A program made the translations under genes and the position numbers. Under the pieces are notes generated by a model, which saw nothing but the letters and a program-made list of their open reading frames with translations, did not search any database and had not been told where the DNA came from. A DNA stretch of 64,000 nucleotides, taken from Amphiscolops sp. MND2022 (Eukaryota). Shown here piece after piece: positions 37,801-51,100 of the stretch. The stretch is taken from NCBI GenBank assembly GCA_964187785.1, contig OZ076415.1, positions 33,852,001 to 33,916,000 on the forward strand, in the 5' to 3' direction. The first letter of the stretch is position 1, and each line of letters begins with the position of its first letter.

Positions 37801-38560
37801 TGCCCACGATTTGATTTCTAGAATGGAAGACAAACGTTCAAAAATTTTTAACGCTCATCAAGGCAAATTCGGGCCACAATGGCTGAACGTTGTTCCTTGC
37901 AAGAGCCTAGGCCTGAAACTTGAAGATCAGCAGCTTGGGATTTCAATTGGTTTACCTCTCGAAGCCAACATTTGTGTTGCGCGTACGTGCTACTGTGATA
38001 AAAGTGTTGAACGGGACGCTTTACAAAGTCTTTCTTTCACCAAGAGTGCTGGTTGCTTCTCACGTCATGCTACTCTCAATTCTCTCATAAAGCAGACGTT
38101 GGGATCTCTCGACTTGCCTTCAATGCTCGAACTGCGTAGACTGTACCGAACTGATGGCAAACGCCCTGACGGTGTTACCGTGATTCCTTGGGAAATGGTT
38201 AAACAGCTGGTGTGGGCCTCTTCCTCTTGCACCCAGTCAACTGAGTCAAAGCTCCTTATGCAGCCCGGGATTCAAAGCCACCGAGGATGAAGCGCGTGAA
38301 TTTGAGGTGTTTCGCGAATTAATAGAGAATGGATACATTTTTCAACCGGTGGTCCTGGAAGTACTGAGTTCTTTGGGCGAGAGTAGTGAAAATTTTGTCA
38401 CGCGTCATTAAAATGCTATGTCGTTCGCACGAAAATCAACGAGCTGGTAGTTTTTGAAGCAACGAATTGCAAAGGCTCTTCAGATCATCAATGCGGCCTG
38501 TGTTTAGGAACTGTGAGCAACAGAGATGCGTTCGAAGAAACTTAATACTTGTAGTTTATT
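34870..38560 (+). mobile_element. Decayed CRE-clade-like non-LTR retrotransposon (RT plus restriction-like endonuclease), interrupted by a hAT element
   Basis: PIAI...QVRVGT...FENAFTSINRQ; GTQQGNP; YLDDG; then QWLNVVPCKSLGLKL, RHATLNSLIK and TDGKRPDGVTVIPW, which is the CCHC plus PD-type RLE signature. Confidence 0.8.
36434..37611 (-). mobile_element. Internally deleted hAT DNA transposon (1178 bp)
   Basis: TIRs TAGGGGGGACCAA / TTGGTTCCCCCTA; perfect 8-bp TSD ATTATCAC (36426-36433, 37612-37619); N-terminal LICKLCDKP...IDNHRACGVH finger and C-terminal ASDAVIERSFSKL dimerisation motif. Confidence 0.93.
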
Positions 38561-38858
38561 TTCTCTGAACCTCTATATCGTTGCACCTTTCTTAAAAATG
38601 TTTCTTCCGGTCGACTGGGATAGTGGAAGGTATGACTGTTTTGTTGGTTGTTTTTTGTTACTGGTCTACTGGGATAGTGGCTGGTATGGGTTCGTTTCAG
38701 ACCACGGGTGTGTGTCTTCTCCCCCCAACATGGTGATACACATGAAACCAGATTGATGACGAAGATCCATGATATCGCATTGTCAAACGTAATGCAGTGA
38801 TTTTTAATTGAATTGGTGGTTGGAATGACACGAATAAAATGCAAGCGATAAACACTAA

Positions 38859-41800
38859 TGCTTACAGATCACAGCAGGTATCAAAAAAGTACGATTCAGT
38901 TCACTCTCTGGCAGGTACCTGTCAAGTCTGCTTTCTATTTCGACCTCAATCGTTTCATCGGCTGTCGGTAAGCTGGTCGGCTTTCAGCTATCTATACTCG
39001 ACCCCCCGCTTGGCTGGAAGTCCTTTCGTATGCTGTATCATCTTAAGTCCAATCCTTTTGTGAATAAATCCGCCATGTTGTCAGCTGATGAGACAATCTT
39101 CAATTGAATTCTGTGCTCGCTGCACTTGGCCGTATCCTCGAGGAACTCTAGGCGGGTGGCGAAGTGTTTCGGCTTGTAGCTATCATCGTCCTTCGAGACC
39201 ACTGGGAGTCGCTAACAATAGTTGTTTGTTTCGCCAATGCACTCCAGGATCCTTTGTAAGTGAAGTGCTTCCTAGACTGCTTCGCTCAGTGCGTGAACCT
39301 CTGCTTCTGTCGTTGATTTGGCCACGCATGTCTGTTTCTTTGCTGACCATAGGATTGTGCCACTCCCGCAGCTGAAACAGTATCCAGTCACGCTTTTGCG
39401 GTCGTCCTTGCAGCTCGTGTAGTTCCCGTCTGAGTACCCTGTCAAGTGTACCTAGCAGTTCCGCCAGTATGTGATGCCGACGTCTTCAGTGCCCCTGAGG
39501 TACTGCAACACATGTTTCACTGCCTGCCAGTGAATCAGACTAGATTTGTTTAGGATCTTCGACAAGAGATGAGCTGCAAATGCCAGGTCAGGTACCGTCA
39601 TCGCCAGGTAGGAGATGCTTCTCACTAGTCCTCGGTAGTCGCATCCAGCTATCTTAGAAGGATCCTCTGAGACGTCTTCCTGCTGGTCGTCTTTCTGAGC
39701 GTACATTTATCTGGTAAGGGAGTTGAAGCGATCCTGGAGTTGTGCATTCCGAATTTCGTCAGCAAGTTTGATATGTACAGCTTGTGGCTCAACGTCAAAT
39801 CGTCCTGCTCTGCCCTGAATGCAATGCCGAGGAACCACGCAAGAGGGCCAAAACCACCAATTGTGAACTGTTTGCCGAACTCTGCCTCAAACCATTGTCA
39901 AAATTCGTCGTCGGGTGACCGTAGACGAAATCGTCACCCCACCCCAATGCCCAGCAATGATGGTCCCCTCCTTTGTATCCAAAGAAATATGTCGTGCTGC
40001 GAAGCGTGAAACCCGAGCTGCTCCAGTTGATGCACTCGGCATTCGTATCAGTTGCGCCCTGACTGTTTGAGCACGTACAACAATCTCTTCAGTTCACAGA
40101 CCATGTCGCCCTCGCCCTGCTTGAACCCATCTGGCTGCAGAAAAATCTCCACTTATGGGTGCATTGAGGTTTGCTGTCTTTAGGACCATTTGTCGGAACT
40201 TGATGCCCTGTCGCACGCCGCACGCAAGCACTGTCCTCAATGTTGACCGTCTGATTGTTCGTGAGTACGTCTTGTGGTACTCTGAGCCAGGTGTCTGCGT
40301 GAAGCCCCGCGCCACAAAACGTGCCTTGTACTTTGTCACTTTGCCGTCCTAGTTGAGTTTTAGCGCAAAGTGCCAATTTCTAGTGATCCGCTGTCGCTCC
40401 GTTGGCCATGAAACCAGAGACCACACCTCGTTTGTCATCAAAAAATGGTACTCTCGCTGCATCGCCGCTTCCCAGTTCGGGCAGCCACAGCCACGGTTGC
40501 GAATCCTGGGACCATCGTTGCCACTAAATGTCCCGCTGTGTAGCGCCAGGTTCTCGAGCTCTTCTCCCATCACGAAGTCATCGAGTCGTCGACGCTGTCT
40601 GACGTTCCTCCGCTGTCGCCGTGCTTCGCGCCTCTGCGGCTATAAGTATTGGTCCTCGTCATCCAAGTATCCAGTGTTTGGAAATGTTTCGTCAGCTACG
40701 TCTGCTTGCTCAACATCTGGTGAACATTCACGTCATGTAGACCAAAGTCATAATGGAGTGTCGTCTCGATGCATCTATCGTGAGGCATATGTGTGTCGAC
40801 AGATGTAACTGCTCCCGCAAAACAGTCCATGTTGAAAGTCACGTTTCTTGATGTCACATCTTGCTCGGCTTTCGCTCGGGAGTTCCATCTTCAGTGCACA
40901 CAATGAAACACTTGCTTCTGCTCGAGTAGCCGAGAAAATACCCCGTCTGGGCCTTGCTGTCCAGTTTCTTCCTGTCCTCTGTGAGTAAAAACGGTCGACA
41001 TCCAAAAGGTTGCATCTCACTCAGGTTTGGCCTCTCGCCAAAAGACATTCCAAACGGCGTACCGTTTTGCGCAGAGTGGAAACATCTGTTCTTGACATAG
41101 AAAGATGTAGCCAAAGCACAAGGCCAGAGCTGCTTTGGTAGACCCACCGTCTCGAGCATGCACCTCGCCATTCCTGTGACAGTGCCCCACACGCGCTCGA
41201 TTTTGCCATTCCCATGCGGAGTGTAAGTCGTTGAGTACTCCTGCCGAATGCCATTCTTGCGACACACCTGGTTACCTGGTTAAAACCCCATGATTTGTAC
41301 TCTTCTCGAACGTATTAGACAAGTTTTCCAGGTGACCCCGCATCCGCTTTGAAGAGTTCCAGCTTCTCGATGACATCGTCTCGTGTCCGCAATGGGCACA
41401 TGACAGCATATCGAGAGTAGATGTCAAGGAACCCGATTGCATATCGGCAATCCTCGTCTGACTCGTGATGTATTGGTCCCAGTGTATTGGCACATCAGTG
41501 TGAACAATGTCCAGTTTCTACTTCTCTCTGGTGCCCGATGCCTTGTTCACAGCTGCAGGTTTGGCCTTATCTTCCGCGGTCCAAGGTTACACACAAAAGG
41601 AAGAACACGAAGAGTGTATAGGTCATCACAGGTACAAACCAAAGGAAGACGGGTCCCGTCTTGTGTCCCGAAGCTGACAATTGCACCCTACTCGGTTAGC
41701 TTCTTCACTGAAATCAGGTTGCTGTTGCAGAGGAGTACTCAGAAGGCCCGCTTGAGCTCGCGCTCACGCATCCTGCCCTTGCTGCTCAGCAACCCACAGC

Positions 41801-43190
41801 GTGCTGTGCCTCTACCTTCCATTCGTGTTCGACTTCCGTTGGCATTGCCCATATCGGTGTTGAATGCCTCGTCGAGGTTCTTGAAGAAAACCCTGTCCTT
41901 CAACATGGACCCGTTGCAATCCGAGTCCACCTATAGTTCGAGTGCTCCCTCCTCTGAAGCCCCGTTAAAGCTTCCGAAGCTGAAGAAGCCTTGCTTTTCT
42001 GGATGCCGGCTGGTGCCACTGGGCTGCTTCTTCTTGCTGTTGCAACCCATGAAAGATGGCCTTTCGTATTGCACTTGAAGCGTTAGGGACAATTTGCCGA
42101 AAAACAACTTGTCGAAACCCAATTTGCCGAACGAGAAGGAGAATTTGCCGAATTTTTCTCGGCAAATTGTCCCTTCGTATTTGCCGAATTTTGTAGGGAC
42201 AATTTCCTGAATTTCTAGCGTTTTCAAATAACAATATTTTTTGCCGTCTGATATGCCACTAGTTCCTCTAGTGCCCCGCGTTCCCTTTGGACCGCTTATG
42301 TTACCATCTTGGGCCTGCGGCAATAAAGTCGAATTTTGACTCGTCGAATGAATAATGTAGATCAATAACGTCGAATGAGTAGCGTATAATTTAGTCGAAC
42401 CGATTTGAGTCGAATTCTTGTCGATTTCGGTCGAATTAAAATTTTAGGTTCAAAAAGTATTTTAGGAATTTTCCCCATCTAATATGGGGTCATATACTGT
42501 GTATGCACGCTCACCCTCACCGTCGCAAAGACCAGCTCCCACTACGAGCGCTTCGCAATCTCCGTTCTAGCTAGATTTTTGCTCCTGTTCGACATCGCTT
42601 AGCAAGATGGGAGCATAAGCGGCCCCAAGGGGCCGCGGGGCACTAGAGGAAATGGGGCATATCCGACGGCCAAAACATTTTTTGACCAATTTAAATTTGC
42701 AATGGCATCGACGCAATTACTTCGACATAAGTCCGTCGACGATGGTACTTCGACGCAAGTTATAAGGTTCAAATTCGACTTTAGTAGTTTGACATCACTG
42801 CTGGACACTCCCATCTTCCTAGCGGGAACGGAGATCGCGGAGCTGTCGTAGTGGGAGCTGGTCTTTGCGACAATGAGGGCGGGCGTGCATACACCGTATA
42901 TGACGCCATATTAGGTGAGGAGAAGTACCTAATTTAATTTAAACGCTTTGCAGGAGCAAAAACCGGGTATGCGACAATTTGCCGAAAGACAATTTGCCGA
43001 AACGCAATTTGCCGAACGTGAAGTACAATTTGCCGAAAAATTTTCGGGAAAATGTCCCTGAGTCAAATTTCGGCAAATTGTACCGTATCCCACTTGAAGC
43101 ACGCCGGGTCAGGGACATTTCGTCAGCAGCCATTTGGGCGGCAATATGGCGTCGGTCACATGGGCGACGAAAGTGTCGACCAAATGGGTT
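38859..43190 (-). mobile_element. Decayed Ty1/Copia LTR retrotransposon (5'-truncated)
   Basis: Order gag knuckle (ACFKCNTKGH, split by an insertion), PR (MDSDC), IN (TPHGNGKIERVW), RT (KYKARFVARGFTQ), RH (WQAVKHVLQYLRGT; SKKQTCVAKSTTEAE). Possible short 3' LTR at about 38859-39001 after a GGGGGG PPT (low confidence). Confidence 0.9.
42082..43091. mobile_element. Composite foldback/MITE insertion (Mutator-like by TSD) in the Copia gag knuckle
   Basis: 9-bp TSD ACTTGAAGC (42073-42081, 43092-43100); terminal arrays of AATTTGCCGA; inverted ends GACAATTTGCCGAA / TTCGGCAAATTGT. Confidence 0.8.
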
Positions 43191-43533
43191 GATCAAATTG
43201 ATCAATTAACTGATATATTTGAAGAAGTTAGCATATTTGTTGTATGGCTCGGTCGCTTCGCTCCCTTCGCCAAGTAGCAACATTGAGGCATGGCCATATG
43301 GCACGTCATTCCGCTTCGCTTCGCTCCTGCATTCAGGGCACTAGGGGTATGTGAACATATCTGACTAAGTTATAAAAATTTCGATCCCAGTTGTTTCGAT
43401 CCCGTTCAAAAATTTGGTATGTCGACCTGAGGACTAACTCTGATTTTCGATCCCGTTCCTTCGACCTACTTCCGCCCACCCCTCGAGCTCGTCACCCATC
43501 ACGAAGTCATCGACTCGTCGAATCTGTCTGACA

Positions 43534-46500
43534 GGTAAATGGTCACTTGGCTTAATGCCATTTGGCTTAAAGTCATTTGGCTTAATACAATTGGTCACTT
43601 GGCTTAATTTTTTAAAGCTAAGTGTCTCGGGTATTGGTCACTTGGCTTAGTTTTTTTAAGCTAAGTGTCTCGGGTATTGGTCACTTGGCTTAAAGTCATT
43701 TGACTTAAAGTCACCTAGTTGAAAACACGTGGCAGATTTCGTCGAATTTCTCTTTATAATGTAGTCAGCGTATTATAACATGCCATATCAAGTACCCCTC
43801 GGATATGTCCCCATTTCCTCTAGTGCCCTGCGGCCCCTTGGGTCCGCTTATATTCCCATCTTGCTAAGCGAGGTCGAACAGGAGCAAAGACCTAGCGGGA
43901 ACGAAAATCGCGAAGGGATCGTAGTGGGAGCTGGTCTTTGCGACGGTGAGGGCGAGCGTGCATACACCGCATATGCCCCACATTATGATATTTCCGGGAG
44001 TTGACATATTTATTCCTTGAGTCTGTTTATTTTACACAACAATCAGTTCTATGGATGGAAGTTCTGGGGGCGTCGCAGTTTTATTGAAACATCACATCCC
44101 TTACTCAAGACTTAATCAACTCGATGACACCTCTGTTGATAATGTTGTTTTGACTGTTGGGCTGAGCGGAATTAAGTTAGTTGTGTCTACTGCATATGTC
44201 AGACCCGTTGAATTCGAAGGATTGAGAAGTACAATAAAAGTTATACAGAGTTGCAAAACATATGTTGACAAACATTGCCTGAATGGAGCTCTTTTCTTTG
44301 GTGATCTCAATGCAAGACATACCTATTGGGGAGACAAATCGTGTAACTTGTTAGGTGAGGAACTAGTTCAAATAGCTGACCACTTCAGCATTCTCAATGA
44401 TGGTGAGCCTACGTTTCTGGCAGCAAATGGCTACAGTGTTATCGATCTCTGCATTTGATATGGGGCTCTGTTTGATAGATGTAAACACTCTCTTTCTACG
44501 GATGAATTTGCTGAGCTGTTCACCGGTGCTCCACAGAGGGGTCATGTTCCTGTTATTATGAGATTGGAGCGTAGTAGCACCACTGAGAAAACCAAGAAGT
44601 TATGGATTGAAAAAACTGATTGGGTGGGTTGGACTTCTTCTGTTGAGGGCCGAATAGATGATCTCATGGTTGTTGGGAACCCTGTTTTTCTTTGAAACGA
44701 GTTCAAGAATCTGCTGCACGAAGCTTCCCTTAATCATATACCCCTCAAATGTGTTTCGAATCATAGCAAACCGTTTTGGAACTCTGACTTGACAGACGCA
44801 AGCAATGAACTGCAATTTTCACGCAAAAAGTTCAAGTAAAAATCAAATTTTGAAAATGGACAAAAGCTAAAGGCAGCGAAGGAACGTTTCAAAATTCTAC
44901 TCAACAAAAGTGTAAATGAATGGATGGAAATCTATCTGTCATCTCTTGGGCATAAAAGAGGAAGAGAATTTTGGACTTCTTACAAGGCCTTACTCAACAC
45001 TAAACATGAAGAAGTTGGTCTAATACGCAGAAAGGAAGGGAGACTCTTATATGCTCCAGAGGAAATTAGCAAAGAACTTGAAACCACGTTCTTCGGAGGA
45101 GATCATCTGAAAAAGCAAATTTTCAACGTTGCAACACAACTACAAGTAGAAGCCAAAATAAATCAACCACATGATGGTCCTGAACATGATATTGAAGTAT
45201 TTCATGATGAAATTACTTTCGATGAATTGAAGAATGCAATTTTGAAATCAAGCAACACTAAAACTTTTTATATTGATGGTCTCCAATTGACAATGATTGA
45301 GAATTTGGGAACTAAAGCACTCCTTTTTCTGCTGAATATTTTCAATGCTTGCTGGGAGTATCATGTGTGGCCATGGACGGACTCACGAGTCGTATTCATA
45401 CGCAAGCCAAACAAAGAGAGATATGATGAATGCTCTTCATATCGACCACTCTCAATCTCCAGTCATATCGGCAAAACGTTGGAAAGAATACTTGCAACCA
45501 GAATCAAATCGTATCTCGATGTGAATGGACTGCTTGGTGACGAACAGGAGGGTTTCAGATCGAAAAGAAACACCACTTGATCGCTCTACAGACTTCATCT
45601 CATGCTGGAAAATGCCAAACGTTCACGTTTACCGACGGCTCTGCTTAACATTGACCTCGAAAAGGCTTTCGATAGCGTGTGGGTGGACGGCCTTCTCTTT
45701 AAATCGTTGGAACACAATATTTCTGGCACAATGTATCAGATAATAAAATCGTTCTTAAAAACCAGAGTCGCTTCAATTGAACTGAACGGATGCAAATCGC
45801 CGAAGTTCCAGATTGACATTGGCGTTCCACAGGGAAGTGTGTTGTCACCATTACTTTTCATCATCTTCCTGAACGACTTCCTCAGTAATCAAGCTCAAAA
45901 ATTCAAGTTTGCAGACGATAGTTCTCTCGTTGCCACTGGCAAGGATCCGTCTGAATTATCTGCCATCCTTCGAAAAACTTGTTCTGACATCGAGAAGTGG
46001 TGTGCAGATTGGAGGATGTTAGTGAACGGAGCAAAAACTGAATTAATCCTTTTCAATTGCGAAGAGAATGACTTCGAACTCCCGTGCCTCAATGGTGATA
46101 TATGTCAAGTTAAAAAAAAACAACAAAGTCTCTCGGAGTAGTTATCGATAACAAGCTCAGCTACCGGGATCATTCTACTAAAACTATCGAGAGAGCAAAG
46201 CAAAATTGGAATATAATCAAGTCGTTATGCAATAGAAAATGGAGCCTTGCAGTCCCAACGCTAGTTCTGTTGTACAAAACCACAATCTTACCCTCACTTT
46301 TTTATGCAGCACCAATTTGGCTTGAGAAAAATCTCAAATACGTCACAGCAGTACAGAACAGTTTCATAAAGACAGTTTTTGGACACGGATTTTCGCCGAA
46401 TATCGACTCGTGTCAAGTTCTGCTAGGAATGCCGCCTCTTGATCTTCTGAGTACAGCCATCACCGTCAAATTTCTCTTGAAGCTCAAACTAGAAGACGAT

Positions 46501-47271
46501 TTACTACATTGGACCCATGATGCATCTTCATCTTTTCCGGACAGTGTTGCTAACCTCCTCCAGAGTCATGTTACCAGGTTCGGAAAGTTTTTGAGAATTC
46601 ATAATTGTACGAGATACAAACAGCAAGATGTCAACCTTTTCATTAACCATCTCTGGAACCTCAGGTGGAAAAATAATGACAACAGGTCATTTCTGAAATG
46701 TTACACCAGAACCCCACCAACTTGTAACACTATATCGCCCCTTTTCAACCTTCAAAGGCATGAAGCCATCAAAATTTGTGAAATGCTGATCGGCAATTCT
46801 TTCTCTTTAGCCGATTACGCTTGGAAAAATTGGCAGACGGAATCTCCGATGTGTCATTGTGGCAAAAGTGAAGAGACTACAGAACGTTTCTTTCTGGCAT
46901 GTGGACTATACCAAGACATCAGACCTGGAGGCATTGACTCGTTGAATCTCCTTGACCCTGAAGATTGCAATACCATTGTCAACTACATCTCACATTCAAC
47001 GAAGTTAAAAGGAATCGTATAACTCTCATCATTAAATCCTAACTTAACTTTATCCAACTCTCAATGCTCTCTTTGTACTATTTGTATACGATGAACACCC
47101 TCCCGCAAATTGGGGATATTAGAAAATATATATATCTATATTTATGTTTATATATATCCTTGAGTTGGATTGGAGTTTGCTTAATTTTGTGGTCACTTGG
47201 CTTAAAATTTTTAAGCCAAATGACTACGAAAAAATTAAGCCAAATGGTATTAAGCCAAGTGACTGGTAACC
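43534..47271. mobile_element. Foldback MITE (about 600 bp when empty) carrying a nested LINE
   Basis: Inverted ends GGTAAATGGTCACTTGGCTTAA / TTAAGCCAAGTGACTGGTAACC; CACTTGGCTTAA arrays; 8-bp TSD GTCTGACA (43526-43533, 47272-47279). Confidence 0.88.
44023..47156 (+). mobile_element. 5'-truncated LINE (APE endonuclease, RT, C-terminal zinc knuckle), pseudogenised
   Basis: GDLNARH and SVIDLCI (APE); DLEKAFDSVW, GVPQGSVLSPLLF, FADD (RT); CHCGKSEETTERFFLAC; TA-rich tail; 9-bp TSD TCCTTGAGT (44014-44022, 47157-47165). Confidence 0.93.
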
Positions 47272-47806
47272 GTCTGACATGCCTCCGCTGTCGACGTGTT
47301 TCGCTCCTCTGCGGCAGTGTGTATTCGTCCTCGTCATCCAAGTGTCCAGTGTTTGGAAGTTTCGTCGGCTACTTCTGCTTGCTCAACATCTGGTGACTTT
47401 TGACGTCATGTAGACCAGTGTCATAATGGAGTGTCGTCTCCATACATCTATCGTGAAACATGTCTGTGTCGACAGATGTAACTGCTCCCGGGAAATAGTC
47501 CATGTGAAAGTCACGTTCGTTGATGTCCATTTCTGGCTCTGCTTTCGCTCGGGAGTTCCGTTCTTCTGTTATTCAACTGAATTTAATTTTCTGCATGCAA
47601 GGCTTCCTGCTTGAAACACTAGAACTTTAGGTAAGGTAAGGTAAAGAGTTTTCCAATTTGGGCCTCTCGGGCCCACTTATGGACTCCTTCGTTTCACCAA
47701 CTTTGTTGAACAATGTCGACAACTTTCTCAATGTCAAAGAAAAATGAAAGGCAGGGTATGCTCTTCCCTTTGTTTGCAGACCACGAGCGTGGGTCATCTC
47801 TCCCCT

Positions 47807-48000
47807 GGTAGGGACGCGAATAACGTCTCAAAAGTTTTCCGGGAATAACGTCTAAATTCAACGTATTAAGATGGGAATTAGCATGACTTGGCTTTAGACG
47901 TTATTCCTTAGAACGTTAATTTGTTCTGTTTCATACCTGCCGGCAAAGAGGGGCTTCATTTTAGAATTTATATATAATATAGACGTTATTCCTGCTCACC
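47807..48000. mobile_element. Small MITE with GAATAACGTCT repeats
   Basis: Inverted ends GGTAGGGACGCGAATAACGTCT / AGACGTTATTCCTGCTCACC; imperfect TCCCCT-containing duplication at the flanks; boundaries approximate. Confidence 0.6.
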
Positions 48001-48117
48001 TTCCCCCTGGAAGTAATGTGCGAACTTTTTGATTCTCAATTGCAAATTTTTGCAGCCACAAGGAGCTAATGCGAGAAATTGTGTCGCAGTTTGAAGTTCA
48101 ATACTTTGAGGTGTTGA

Positions 48118-51100
48118 ATGAGCAATCAAAATGATGATGGCGTGCAAGGCCCAGTTGAAGTGGCAAGCAATGGGGTTGTTGAAAGCAACCTTGAGCCGTC
48201 CAGTCATGTGAAAAATATAGTTTCCCCTGTTAAACAGTCGATTATTGGAGATAATAATAATGATAGCAATCAGATATCTCTGCAGAACTTGCCAGACAAA
48301 GAGGTGAACAAAGAAGATCCAAGAAACATGGCGGACGACCCACACGAAAGTAAACTTGAACAGGGTGATCTGAAAGATGTGCCAAAGAACTGTGAAGATA
48401 CCACCCATGACACCAAAAAGTCGTTACAACATGGTGGAGACATTGAAGAAACAAATATAGTGCAATCTAATCAAAATCATGAAAAAACTGTGGAAGTTCA
48501 TAACAATATCGAAGCTTCATCTATCGAAACGCAGTCGAAAAGTGAAACAGGAATCGAAGCTCCGTCGATCGCTGCCGCAGATAAATCTAATGTAGCATTG
48601 TCATCAGGAACTCCTCCAACGAAACCAGTAAGTCAGAAATGCATTGATTTCTTTTCTAAAGGTGTACATAATTATCGTCTTCTGCTTATCGTTAATAAGC
48701 CTTACTCACAACGTTGAACGTGTTACATCAGCTACTTATTTCAGATTTATGCTGTTTACTCCAAGCACGAACATTCGTGAATTGGAGAGACCGCAAGACT
48801 ATCGATCCTTAAAATTTTGTTTCATCAAAAAGTCCCCCTTCAATATTCCCTCTTTTCACTCAGCAATACACATTTTTCGAGCCTAAACGATCCCCTTACG
48901 GTTTTTCAGCAACCTGCGACTTCCGATTGCTTTTATTCTAAAAATTTTCACCAATCTGGATGTTTTTAGTACCAATTTTGTGGCATTCTGAAATCTTTGG
49001 GAATTTTATAAAGCCTTCCCCCTGAGCAAATTGATGAGGCGTTGAGCTTTTAGCGGGGCGCCGACTTGAGACCTTCTAGTTTTGTTTGTGCTTAGGTTTT
49101 GTGTTTACGACTCATCATCAATTCTGGATCCACAGCGGAGTTCAATGTCAACCCAGATAGCACTGTGCGCGAAATTACATCATATATTCATGATAACTGG
49201 CCATCTCAATGGGAATCAGATCAAGTGTCAGACCCCGGAATTCTAAGACTGATTTATCAAGGACGGTTTTTACATTCCAGCATTACTATGAAAGGTAGGG
49301 TGACATGGTCTTACCCTTTTTATTTGTTTTTAATCATCAAAACTCAATTGAAAAGCACGAATGTTGTTCCCATGGTTATATGGAAAAATACAGACTTGGA
49401 GCGTTATTCGATGTCTGCCCGTATGTGTCACAGTGATATACGCGTCTGTATTATGTTTCAGCCCTTAATCTACAAGAAGGTCACACCGTTGTGATGCACT
49501 TGATACCCCGGGAAACGTTGCCCGAATCCAATGCAAATGGTTAGAATATTCTTATGATCTGTTAGCTCCTAAAATTTTTCATGCAAGTATTATGAAGAAA
49601 ATAGTGCTTCCTATAGTAGACTTCCATTACATTCCTAATCATTTCACGAATTTGAGACTGAAAAAATCTCGGTCAACTTGAGATTTCAACTATCCGCTAG
49701 TTGAGTAGAAATTATATACTGTCAATTTTCAGAACCCAGTAAATTATAGGCCGTTTTCTGTAACATCAGCAAGATTTGAGTAGTTGAAGGCTCCTAGCAA
49801 ATCAAGCAATATTTACTTGAGAATGATCTGAATAGTGATTATCAGTCTTGATTCCTGTTGTAATTTGTACTGAACACTTCCGTGTAGAAATTGATAGAAA
49901 TGAATTCGTCGCTCGTGCTCTACTTGACCTTTCCAAAGCTTCGACTCTGTCCAACACCATATTTTGCAACAAAAACTGTATGCGGATGACAATGCCCTAC
50001 ACCAGCAACCTGGATTCCAAAACAGCGTCCATTGAACTTGCCAATGCAATCAAAAAAATATATTTTGAATTGAAAAGCACAAATTAAACCTTAATCCGTC
50101 AAAAACTGAATTTCTAATGTTTTTTTTTTGAAAAATATTAAACAGCGAAATAGAAAATGCCTTCATAAAATGTGAAATTTACGATCAAAGCGTTATCATG
50201 TATCAAATATCTTGGTTACTATGTCAATAGAAACTTGTCAAGGATTTCAACAAGAAGTGAAGCATCCATCCACTATGAAAGATGGCAGGTAAATTTAAAT
50301 TCATTGAATGCTATCACGTTATCCAGTCCTTACAACACCAAAACAAGGTTTATTTTGATGAATGCGTTACATGTACGGTATTGTGATTAAGAAAACGTCC
50401 CTCGGGGCGATCTTCGGCTCCATTTGCTCGAAATCTTTTGAGAATTTGAAAAACATCAGAAATGAAAGTTTATTAGAGTATTGTCTAGTTTATATTAGTG
50501 TATTTTTTATTTTTCTTCGACAAAAATTGAGAAAGTGACAAATAGCTGATTTTGAGCAAATTTGAGACTTCCGTTTTTCAAATTTTTGACCGTTTTATCA
50601 GTTTTTTCGGCAAGTTTTATGCTCAAATAACTCGCACAAATCTGCTGAATCTATGGATACTTTTCGATTTCACAAATTAGCAACCGTTTTCGGAATATCA
50701 TGCTCGAAAGGTAAAATTTCGTCGATTTACTTGTATTAACCCTAAATGGACAGGGGCGTTTAAATTGAATTCTTTAGAGAACTTCTCCGGTATTAGTATA
50801 TGAAAAGGTTTTGTTTCAGTAACTTTGTCAAATTACACTTGTATTTATTGCGAAAATGTATCTGGTATAGTTTCGTACTTTTGGGTTGAAATAGACAAGA
50901 CGACGAAATCGTACTGAGTTAAAAAAAATCAATGCTTTCAAATGATTTTCACGGTGTGAAAAACCTTTAAGCAGTCACGCGCAGTTGTACAAAGGATGGC
51001 ATCACACATGGTGACCGGTTTCGCATTGCATCCAGGTATTCTACAGTTAGAACCTCGATTTTCACTACCAATTCCGATGGGCCAATGAGCCAAACCATCG

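Larger units (their letters stand above)
43483..47560 (-). mobile_element. Second Copia fragment (43483-43533 plus 47272-47560), paralogous to 40550-40890, split by a MITE
   Basis: Both halves align to the IN-RT linker of the first Copia and rejoin across the GTCTGACA duplication. Confidence 0.85.

Noticed and set aside
42082-43720. CRISPR-like array
   Set aside because: Repeats are 6-12-nt degenerate motifs inside TIR elements with TSDs, spacing is irregular, there are no cas genes and the context is eukaryotic.
47626-47646. (GGTAA)n short tandem run
   Set aside because: Only 3-4 units; an ordinary microsatellite.
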